IMG/VR virus record: IMGVR_UViG_3300017716_002598
Span: 1-45,744 of that record
From: a virus
DNA: 45,744 nucleotides
Direction: 5' to 3' (one strand)
Below, piece after piece: positions 39,551 through 45,744 of this stretch. The notes below the pieces were generated by a model. That model ran no database searches, had not been told where the DNA came from, and saw only the letters and a list, made by a program, of their open reading frames with translations. The position numbers and the translations under genes were made by a program. The stretch's first letter is position 1, and every line of letters starts with the position of its first letter.

Positions 39551-40143
39551 CAGGCGGCGTCGCTCGTTGCGGCCGCGTCGTCGTTGGCCACCAGCTTCAA
39601 GCCGCTGGACGCCTTCTCCGGGTTGTGCCCGGCCTCGCTCATCGCCCAGGCCAGCTTCTCTTGCCCTGCGTGATAGCCGCGCAGGAAGGCCGGCGCGTGA
39701 TGCGGCGGGAAGTTGTCCGGCATGGTCGAGTCGTCGCCCCGGAGGCCGGCGGTGTAGCCTTGTCCCTCGGCGAAGACCTCGTCCTGGGCGAGCGAGGGGG
39801 TGGCGAACAAATCGGTCTGCGTCCCGGCCGGGAGGCCCGCCCATTCCCGCAGCTGGGCCCGGCGTTGTTCCTCGGCGGTCAGGTCGCGGCGGCTGGATGC
39901 GCCGTCCTCAAGGATGGCTTGCAGTTCCTTGCGGGTGAACCCGTCCGCCTTCGCGTCCCGAAACATATCGGTCAGGACGCTCCGCTCGGCGTCGTATTCG
40001 GCCTTCTTGATCGCCGCCTTCGCTTGCTGGATGCGGAGCTTGTTCAGGTGCGAGAGGAAGACCGCCTCCTCGTTGCGGTTCGGGATTTGCGGAGCCGACC
40101 CGGCATCCGGGGCTTCCGCTTCGCTCTTGAGTGTCTTGGCCAT
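39550..40143 (-). CDS. Hypothetical protein (197 aa)
   Basis: Coding-like. No similarity recognised. Confidence 0.65.
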   Translation of the reverse strand: MAKTLKSEAEAPDAGSAPQIPNRNEEAVFLSHLNKLRIQQAKAAIKKAEYDAERSVLTDMFRDAKADGFTRKELQAILEDGASSRRDLTAEEQRRAQLREWAGLPAGTQTDLFATPSLAQDEVFAEGQGYTAGLRGDDSTMPDNFPPHHAPAFLRGYHAGQEKLAWAMSEAGHNPEKASSGLKLVANDDAAATSDAA

Positions 40144-40192
40144 TCGGCCCTCCTTGTCGTCCGGTCATCGGGCCGGGCGTTCCCGTTGGTCG

Positions 40193-40630
40193 TCAGGTCG
40201 CCTTGTCGGCGGCGGTTAGGGCGGCCTCTGTGCGGTCCAGCGCGTCGCGGGCTTCGCGGAGTTCCTCAAAGCCGCGCTTGATCTCGCGGGGGGTCAGGAC
40301 GCGATCCGCGAGGGCAGTGCGGAGGTGCCGCTGGACGTCGCTCGCCTGTTCGGTGAAGGCGCAGGCCAGATCGGCCAGCCGCTCGGCCCCGACCTCGACC
40401 CGGGACCGCTTGGCCAAGGCGTCGCTGATCACTGGGTGACCGCAGTAGCGTTCAAGGGCGGCGAGGATGTCGAGGGGGAGGTAGCAGCCCGTGCCGACCG
40501 TCTGGCACCGGGAAAGCTGGGGCACCGAATAGTGCCGGGCGAGCGCCTCGCATGCCGCCGAAGCCTCCGCGAGCCCTCCGCAACGCGCGATCAGTTTCTC
40601 GGTCAGGAGGGCAAGAAGGCGGTCGCTCAT
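40193..40630 (-). CDS. Hypothetical protein (145 aa), possible CII/CP76-like regulator
   Basis: It is the third gene after cro. The C-terminus is helical, with LTPREIKRGFEEL. The family assignment is uncertain. Confidence 0.55.
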   Translation of the reverse strand: MSDRLLALLTEKLIARCGGLAEASAACEALARHYSVPQLSRCQTVGTGCYLPLDILAALERYCGHPVISDALAKRSRVEVGAERLADLACAFTEQASDVQRHLRTALADRVLTPREIKRGFEELREARDALDRTEAALTAADKAT

Positions 40631-40676
40631 GGTCGGTAAGGTCCGGGGTGCGATTTACGGGGCGTTGGTCGGCGGC

Positions 40677-40991
40677 TTAGGCCAAGGTCTCGCCCGGCTC
40701 AGAAGGAGTGCAGGGGTGTTTGTCATTCGCGGCGTCAGGCTGTTTTTCGGCCCGGCTGGCCAATGGGACCGGGCCGTGGGGCGTCCACTGCTTGAGGTTC
40801 AGTGCCTCTGCGGCCTTCTCTTGGGCGGCGATTACGAGGTCGAGGAGCGGCAGTTGTGCCGCCGCGACGGAGGCCAGTTCCAAAAGCAGAACCCGCGCCT
40901 TCGGCTCGTCACCGTCGCGGGCGCAATGGTCGGCGGTCATGGCCAGCCGATAGACCCGCCGGGCGACGACAAGGGCGTCGTGAACAATCAT
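40677..40991 (-). CDS. Hypothetical protein (104 aa)
   Basis: ATGA-coupled to the cro-like gene. Confidence 0.6.
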   Translation of the reverse strand: MIVHDALVVARRVYRLAMTADHCARDGDEPKARVLLLELASVAAAQLPLLDLVIAAQEKAAEALNLKQWTPHGPVPLASRAEKQPDAANDKHPCTPSEPGETLA

Positions 40992-41212
40992 GCGGCCCGG
41001 TCCTGCGAGGCTGTGTCGTTGGCCGGGACATGACTGGCGGCCTTCAACACCTCGAGCGTGATGTCGGGATAGGCGTCGATCAGTTCAGCCCAAGCGGCGC
41101 GCGGGATCGTGTTCCGGCTTTTCCACATTCGGACGTTGATGGCAGGGACGCCCAGCTTCGCCGCAATTTCGGCGGAGCCCTTGGCGGCGATAAGGTCGGA
41201 GTGCGTTGTCAT
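40988..41212 (-). CDS. Cro-like HTH protein (74 aa)
   Basis: It is divergent from the repressor gene. The HTH region is SAEIAAKLGVPAINVRMWKSRNTIP. ATG 41212 lies 7 nt after a -10-like hexamer and has no Shine-Dalgarno sequence. Confidence 0.7.
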   Translation of the reverse strand: MTTHSDLIAAKGSAEIAAKLGVPAINVRMWKSRNTIPRAAWAELIDAYPDITLEVLKAASHVPANDTASQDRAA

Positions 41213-41293
41213 GCCCGGCACGTTACGAACGGTTACGCGATAACGCAAGACCTTGTTACGCCCAGATACATCCTTTCCGGTAACGTGATCGGC
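41213..41293. promoter_or_regulatory. Immunity switch region: divergent promoters and GTTAC/GTAAC operator repeats
   Basis: GTTAC occurs at 41222, 41232 and 41255, and GTAAC at 41280. Minus-strand promoter: TTGCGT (41248..41243), 17 nt, TAACGT (41225..41220). GGTAACGTG (41279-41287) lies 6 nt before the repressor ATG. Confidence 0.7.
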
Positions 41294-41677
41294 ATGGATG
41301 ATCGCTGGAAAACCGCCGCCGACTCTCACGACCGCCTGCGTTGGGCCCGGATCCAATGGCAGGAGGCCAAGGGCATCAAGCCGGACGCCGGGGCCGCGGC
41401 GGAGAGCCTGGGCATCAAGGCGCACACCTATCGTGCCTATGAGCGCCGCCCCGACTCCTCAAAGCACACCCGTCTTGACGATCAGCGCGCGATCCAGTTC
41501 GCGCGCAAATTCGGCGTCAACTGGACCTGGCTGCTGACGGGCGAGGGAAGCCCCGACGCGAGCGACGACCGCCTGACGCCAACAGAGCGCCGGATGATCG
41601 ACGCCCTACGAGAGGCCCCAGAGGCCCGGCAGGCCGCAGCCGCCGATGCGATCATCCAGCTGCTCAAGATTGCCTAA
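41294..41677 (+). CDS. CI-like XRE-family repressor (127 aa, no peptidase domain)
   Basis: The HTH region is AAESLGIKAHTYRAYERRPDSSKHTRLDDQRAIQFARKFGVNWTWLLTGEG. The gene is divergent from the cro-like gene. Confidence 0.75.
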   Translation: MDDRWKTAADSHDRLRWARIQWQEAKGIKPDAGAAAESLGIKAHTYRAYERRPDSSKHTRLDDQRAIQFARKFGVNWTWLLTGEGSPDASDDRLTPTERRMIDALREAPEARQAAAADAIIQLLKIA

Positions 41678-41728
41678 GGGCTACGTCAGTTTCGGTCGGA
41701 GGCTCCGACGCAGCAGGGAAATTCCGGG

Positions 41729-42136
41729 ATGCTGGCCTTCATCTTGATCGGGGCGGTCCTGCAAGAGCCGGCGCGATCCGACCTGCGGCGGGAAGCCCCC
41801 GTCCTGATCCAACAGTCTATTGCTGAGATCGTTGATAGCTCCGGCGACTTGGCCGAGGCCCTGGGCCGGTGCGCCAGCGTCTATCCTGGCGGATCCGCCA
41901 ATCCGTATGTCGTGCGGGCCAGAAGCGAGGTGGCCGACTTGGGGATAGAGGACCTGACCTTTTCCGTGCAGCACGTCGAGTCCGTCTTGTTCGCTCAAGC
42001 GGCGGCCGAGCCGTCCGATCCGGTCCGAACCGTCCGAGGTTGCGCCGAGGAAATCGAAGCTGCCGCCGAAGACGTGAGGGCCCAAGCGGTCGGGTTCCGG
42101 GGTCTGATCGTGGCTCTCTCGCGGCTGGAGCAGTAG
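41729..42136 (+). CDS. Hypothetical protein (135 aa) in the lambda rexAB position
   Basis: The plus frame has the better composition and third-position G+C. The competing minus ORF 41681..42232 shares third-position phase and is G/R/P/S-rich. The N-terminus MLAFILIGAVL is hydrophobic. Confidence 0.45.
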   Translation: MLAFILIGAVLQEPARSDLRREAPVLIQQSIAEIVDSSGDLAEALGRCASVYPGGSANPYVVRARSEVADLGIEDLTFSVQHVESVLFAQAAAEPSDPVRTVRGCAEEIEAAAEDVRAQAVGFRGLIVALSRLEQ

Positions 42137-42145
42137 GCTTGGCGC

Positions 42146-42195
42146 GTAACCCAACGTAACTTTCCGCTTGCGTTGTGAGTAACGATAGGTAACGT
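42146..42195 (+). promoter_or_regulatory. PL-like early promoter with four phased GTAAC operator repeats
   Basis: GTAAC occurs at 42146 and 42156, and at 42179 and 42189, with 10-bp spacing within each pair. The promoter reads TTGCGT (42168-42173), 16 nt, TAACGT (42190-42195). A GAGGGGA Shine-Dalgarno sequence precedes ATG 42221. Confidence 0.65.
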
Positions 42196-42220
42196 GGCCC
42201 CCTAACCAGAGGGGAGCCCC

Positions 42221-42871
42221 ATGTCGTTCCATTCAGTCCAAACCCCAGGCCTTCGCCATATCGGCGAGCCGCTCGGCGCGGTCGTCGTCGGCCTTGATCG
42301 GGCCGTCGCCGCGAAGGCCGGCAAGACGGTCATCCAGAACCTCGCCGACAAGGGGGGCTGGGAAGCCCCCGAACACGGCTCTGAACGCTATCTGATGCTC
42401 GAGGCCGCCTTGGCGAGCCGGGGCATGAGTTGGCGTTTCCGGGGCGGGGAGGGGGCGCACGACAACTGGTCGCTCGTCCGCGACTGCGCCCGGATTGCGG
42501 CGCAGCGGGACATGATGGAGGTCGAGCGGGACACCGCCGACTGGTCCGTCGCGGTTCCCGAAGACCGGGCGCGAATGGTCTTCACCCAATGGGGTCTGAC
42601 CGAGGTCCGGCTCCGTCACGCCAGCCCGGGCGATGTGCTTCTGTTCTCGATGGGGGAGGGGGTTCACCCCGCGATTATGTCCGCGCCCGGCGGGGACTAT
42701 TCGTGGTCGATGCTGCCCCGGAAGACGCTCCCCGAGGCCAAGATGATCCACGGCTATTACGCCCGCGCGATCATTGAGAGTTGGGTCGGCAAGTGGTGGT
42801 CCGACCGCCTGATCGGGGCTTTCAGCTTCGACGCTTCGGACCGGATGCGCGCCCTCAAGGTGGCGGCATGA
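42221..42871 (+). CDS. Early cytoplasmic NlpC/P60-like (papain-fold Cys-His-His) protein
   Basis: The ordered motifs RDCARI ... PGDVLLF ... VHPAIM ... MIHGY match the Cys / GD-hydrophobic / His / His layout of NlpC/P60 enzymes. No signal peptide is present. Confidence 0.5.
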   Translation: MSFHSVQTPGLRHIGEPLGAVVVGLDRAVAAKAGKTVIQNLADKGGWEAPEHGSERYLMLEAALASRGMSWRFRGGEGAHDNWSLVRDCARIAAQRDMMEVERDTADWSVAVPEDRARMVFTQWGLTEVRLRHASPGDVLLFSMGEGVHPAIMSAPGGDYSWSMLPRKTLPEAKMIHGYYARAIIESWVGKWWSDRLIGAFSFDASDRMRALKVAA

Positions 42872-43161
42872 CCCGGCACACCTTCACCACTTGTCTCTCG
42901 TTCGGCACGGACGGCGAGGCCGACTTCTGCGAACTGGATGTCACGGTGTCCTTTGGCTTCACGCCGGGCCGCGACGCGACGCCGCCCGCATACGACCACG
43001 GCGGGCTGCCCGCCGACCCGCCGGAGATCGGCGACATAGAGGTCGAGGCCATCGACGGGCGCCCGGTGACCGCTGGCGATTGGGAAGCCATCGACGCAAT
43101 CTTGGACCAGTTTGCGACCGGCGACTTCGACGGCGCCATGATGGACGTGGTGGGGGCGTGA
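42868..43161 (+). CDS. Hypothetical acidic protein (97 aa)
   Basis: ATGA-coupled at 42868. The longer track ORF start is unsupported. Confidence 0.6.
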   Translation: MTRHTFTTCLSFGTDGEADFCELDVTVSFGFTPGRDATPPAYDHGGLPADPPEIGDIEVEAIDGRPVTAGDWEAIDAILDQFATGDFDGAMMDVVGA

Positions 43162-43340
43162 TGGAACTCCGCATCACACCCGGGATTGAGCGCCTGTATC
43201 GCCTTGCATTGGTCGAGGACGACGGCGGGTTCTTCACCCTGTCGGAACACGACGCGATGGACGACGCGATCTTCGCGATGAAGTCGCTTGAGCGGTCCTG
43301 CGCCGACGCCGCGCGGGCCTTGGCGAGGGTTCGGACGTGA
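43161..43340 (+). CDS. Hypothetical small protein (59 aa)
   Basis: ATG 43161 overlaps the upstream TGA (GTGATG). Confidence 0.55.
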   Translation: MELRITPGIERLYRLALVEDDGGFFTLSEHDAMDDAIFAMKSLERSCADAARALARVRT

Positions 43341-43450
43341 ACCGCCCCCCTCGCGGGTTCCTCCGCCTTCCCCTGACCTTCGCCCTTGGCGTCTTCCTGA
43401 CCGCCCTGCCGCTGGTCGTCCTCACCAACCTGATCTGGAGCGTCCAATGA
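43337..43450 (+). CDS. Possible small membrane protein (37 aa, GTG start; below the ORF-track cutoff)
   Basis: Translated by hand: (M)NRPPRGFLRLPLTFALGVFLTALPLVVLTNLIWSVQ. It has a GTGA overlap upstream and an ATGA overlap downstream. Confidence 0.45.
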   Translation: MNRPPRGFLRLPLTFALGVFLTALPLVVLTNLIWSVQ

Positions 43451-43656
43451 AGCCGCGCCCGCACCCCCTTGGAATCACATCATCCCCCGATTGGGATGGG
43501 GTCTGGTCCCGCTACATCGACCTCTCCGAAGGCGTCGAGCCGGAAGCCGACGCGCCTCTGGAGGCGGACCGGGAGCCGTCGCGGATGCACGTCGCCCTCG
43601 GCATCCTCGGATGCATCTGCGCCGCGCTGGCCCTGTTCTCGGCGGTGCTTGGATGA
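43447..43656 (+). CDS. Small protein with a C-terminal transmembrane helix (69 aa)
   Basis: The C-terminus is MHVALGILGCICAALALFSAVLG. It is ATGA-coupled on both sides. Confidence 0.55.
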   Translation: MKPRPHPLGITSSPDWDGVWSRYIDLSEGVEPEADAPLEADREPSRMHVALGILGCICAALALFSAVLG

Positions 43657-44612
43657 CCTTGGCGAACCCCCGCACCCTGCCGGAAGGCCAACTGATCACC
43701 GAGCCGGGGGTCTATGACCTCCCGATTGAGGTCTATCACGGCCAACCCTGCGCTGGCCCGTCGATCTCCTCCGGGGGGCTGCGGACGATCTGGGCGCAAA
43801 GCCCGGCGCACTACTACGTCGACAGCGCGCTCAACCCGAACCGGGAGCCGCCAGCGGACAACCCGGCCTTCGCCCTCGGCCGGCTGGCGCACAAGCTGCT
43901 GCTGGAGGGCTCCTCCGGCCTTGCGGCCGAGTTCGTCACCCGCCCGGATTGCTGGTCGGACTGGCGGACGAAGGAGGCGAAGGTCTGGCGCGACGAACAA
44001 CTCCTCGCGGGTTTCACCATCATCACCGAGGCGGACCTCAAGGCCGTCACCGGCATGGCGGAGAGCCTGGCGCGTCACCCGCTGGTCGAGGCCGGTATCC
44101 TCGACGGCTATGTCGAGCGGTCGTTGATCTGGCAGGACGCGGCAACCGGGGTCTGGCTCAAGAGTCGCCCGGACGTGGTCCCCAAGGCATCGGGCCTGTT
44201 CTCCGATCTCAAGACGACGCCGAGCGTCTGCGACGACGACCTCCAGCGGTCGCTCGGCTCGTTCGGCTATCATTGCCAAGCCGCGCTGGTCGGCACGGCC
44301 TCCGAGGCGGTCCTTGGCCGCCCGATGGAGGAGTTCGCCCTCGTCTGGGTCGAGAAGGCCCCCCCGCACTGCGTCCGCGTCACCGTCTTGACCGGCGAGG
44401 ACCTTGAGCGCGGCCGGATGCAATGCCGCCGGGCCATTGACCAGTTCGCCGCTTGTGTCGCCTCCGGGGAGTGGCCGGGCCCGGGCGGATCGAAGCGCGA
44501 CGCCGAATATCTCCAACTCCCGGCCTGGGCCGCAAAGCGGATCGACCAGCAACTCGAGGTCGCCGCGGCCGAGGCAAACGACAACACCCGTCAACCCGAG
44601 AAAGCAGCCTGA
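43653..44612 (+). CDS. PD-(D/E)xK exonuclease (RecE/DUF3799-like), partner of RecT
   Basis: VYHGQP..PSISSSGL-type N-terminus. The core reads SRPDVV...FSDLKT...GYHCQAAL. The gene is immediately upstream of recT. Confidence 0.75.
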   Translation: MTLANPRTLPEGQLITEPGVYDLPIEVYHGQPCAGPSISSGGLRTIWAQSPAHYYVDSALNPNREPPADNPAFALGRLAHKLLLEGSSGLAAEFVTRPDCWSDWRTKEAKVWRDEQLLAGFTIITEADLKAVTGMAESLARHPLVEAGILDGYVERSLIWQDAATGVWLKSRPDVVPKASGLFSDLKTTPSVCDDDLQRSLGSFGYHCQAALVGTASEAVLGRPMEEFALVWVEKAPPHCVRVTVLTGEDLERGRMQCRRAIDQFAACVASGEWPGPGGSKRDAEYLQLPAWAAKRIDQQLEVAAAEANDNTRQPEKAA

Positions 44613-44614
44613 AA

Positions 44615-45607
44615 ATGACCGATCAATCCGTCGTCGTGACCATCCCGGAGCGCCAGCCGCGCTCGGTGTTGGTCGATATGTCCGGCCGCTACGGTATGGA
44701 GCCCGCCGCCTTTGAGGCGACCCTTCGCGCTACGGTCTGCAAGGGCAACGTCTCCCGCGAGGAGTTCGCCGCCTTCCTGCTGGTTGCCAAGGAATACGGC
44801 CTCAACCCGATGACGAAGGAGCTTTACGCCTTTCCGGCCAAGGGCGGCGGAATCCAACCCATCGTTTCAATCGACGGCTGGGCCCGCATTATCAACGATC
44901 ACCCGATGTTCGACGGGATGGACTTTGAGGACGTGCGCGAGGGCGAGGAGATGATAGCCATCACCTGCCGGATGCACCGTAAGGACCGGAGCCGGTCAAT
45001 CGAGGCGACCGAGTATATGGCCGAGTGCCGGCGCTCAACCGACGTATGGAAGACCTGGCCCCGCCGGATGCTGCGCCACAAGGCCATGATCCAGTGCGCC
45101 CGCTACGCCTTCGGTTTCTCCGGCATCGTTGAGCAGGACGAATACGAGCGCCAGATGACGGCCCACGACGTGACCCCGCGCGAGGCCCCGAACCTGGCCG
45201 CCCGTCTCGCCGCGCCGGCCGAGGCCGTCACCGAGGGCTTCACGGTCCACAACGGCCTCGACCCGGACGACCACATTCCCAATTTCGACGCCGCTCCCCC
45301 GGTGTCGAATGCGGAGGCCCCCGCCGCTGTTGCTGACGAAGCGACCCAGGCGGGGGCCGATGCCGCCGAGGAGGACTTCCCCGGCGACCGGCCTTCCGAT
45401 CCCAAGACGCCGACGCTGGCGACCGACCTGATCAAATGGGCCGACGACCTGATCCGGGACTTGCCGGACCTGACCGACGAACAGGTCGCGCATATCGAAA
45501 CCGACCGGCGCGAGCTCGCGAAGTTCGCGGTCCTCAAGACGCAGGATCTGGACAAGGCGAAGGAACTCGAGGCCGCGATCAATAAGCGGAAGCGGGGCCC
45601 CGCATGA
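44615..45607 (+). CDS. recT: RecT-family single-strand annealing recombinase
   Basis: EEFAAFLLVAKEYGLNPMTKELYAFP....IQPIVSIDGWARII...DGMDFE and WPRRMLRHKAMIQCARYAFG are RecT signatures. Confidence 0.9.
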   Translation: MTDQSVVVTIPERQPRSVLVDMSGRYGMEPAAFEATLRATVCKGNVSREEFAAFLLVAKEYGLNPMTKELYAFPAKGGGIQPIVSIDGWARIINDHPMFDGMDFEDVREGEEMIAITCRMHRKDRSRSIEATEYMAECRRSTDVWKTWPRRMLRHKAMIQCARYAFGFSGIVEQDEYERQMTAHDVTPREAPNLAARLAAPAEAVTEGFTVHNGLDPDDHIPNFDAAPPVSNAEAPAAVADEATQAGADAAEEDFPGDRPSDPKTPTLATDLIKWADDLIRDLPDLTDEQVAHIETDRRELAKFAVLKTQDLDKAKELEAAINKRKRGPA

Positions 45608-45744
45608 GGACCATCGCCCAGATCGACGCCGAGCTTGCCCGGCTGAAAGCGGAGCGGAAGGCCCTCAAGCCTGTCGTGTCGCTCTCGCCGGGGTTCAAGC
45701 GGTCACGCTCGTTCCGCCCGGAAGGGGAGGGCCAGCGCCAGCCG
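45604..45744 (+). CDS. 5-prime part of the HNH/DUF968-like nuclease ORF (continues at position 1)
   Basis: ATG 45604 overlaps the recT stop (ATGA). The reading frame runs into the terminal repeat and matches ORF 50..406. Confidence 0.7.
   Translation, partial: MRTIAQIDAELARLKAERKALKPVVSLSPGFKRSRSFRPEGEGQRQP
45627..45744. repeat. Terminal direct repeat copy 2
   Basis: Identical to 1-118. Confidence 0.95.

Noticed and set aside
41681-42232. A minus-strand 183-aa ORF opposite the rex-position ORF.
   Set aside because: It shares third-position phase with the plus ORF. It is G/R/P/S/Q-rich. It would begin inside the next gene and run across the PL-like operator cluster. I kept it only as an explicit alternative, because the plus-strand call is itself only moderately supported.

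Overview
The window is a complete, circularly closed genome of a temperate, lambda-like siphovirus with high G+C. The unique unit is 45,626 bp, because the first 118 bp are repeated exactly at the end. A GcrA homologue, a DUF1376 replication protein and RcGTA-like distal tail genes suggest an alphaproteobacterial host. Genes are tightly packed and mostly translationally coupled through ATGA, GTGA or TGATG overlaps.

Layout:
- Plus strand: xis, attP, int, then a promoter-driven cassette of tiny ORFs (2.4-3.6 kb).
- Minus strand, 32.2 to 3.6 kb: one long late operon. Its order is ParB-like, GT-A-like transferase, TerS, TerL, portal, scaffold, P22-like coat, connectors, MuF-metallopeptidase fusion, major tail, G/GT chaperone, tape measure, hub and host-specificity genes, fibres, lysis cassette, HTH-metallophosphoesterase, and a second fibre cluster.
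- Minus strand, 41.2 to 33.7 kb: the early operon. It carries cro-like, RuvC, GcrA, DnaB and DUF1376 genes.
- 41.2-42.2 kb: a lambda-style immunity switch.
- Plus strand: an early operon with an NlpC/P60-like gene, a RecE-like exonuclease, RecT, an HNH gene and xis.

The most unusual items are:
- two paralogous cassettes (promoter, small ORFs, HTH, terminator) that share a promoter geometry;
- the ParB plus glycosyltransferase pair at the head of the late operon;
- the MuF-HExxH fusion;
- the HTH-metallophosphoesterase;
- a structured, terminator-containing late leader.

All functional calls rest on motif and synteny recognition by eye. No database search was run.
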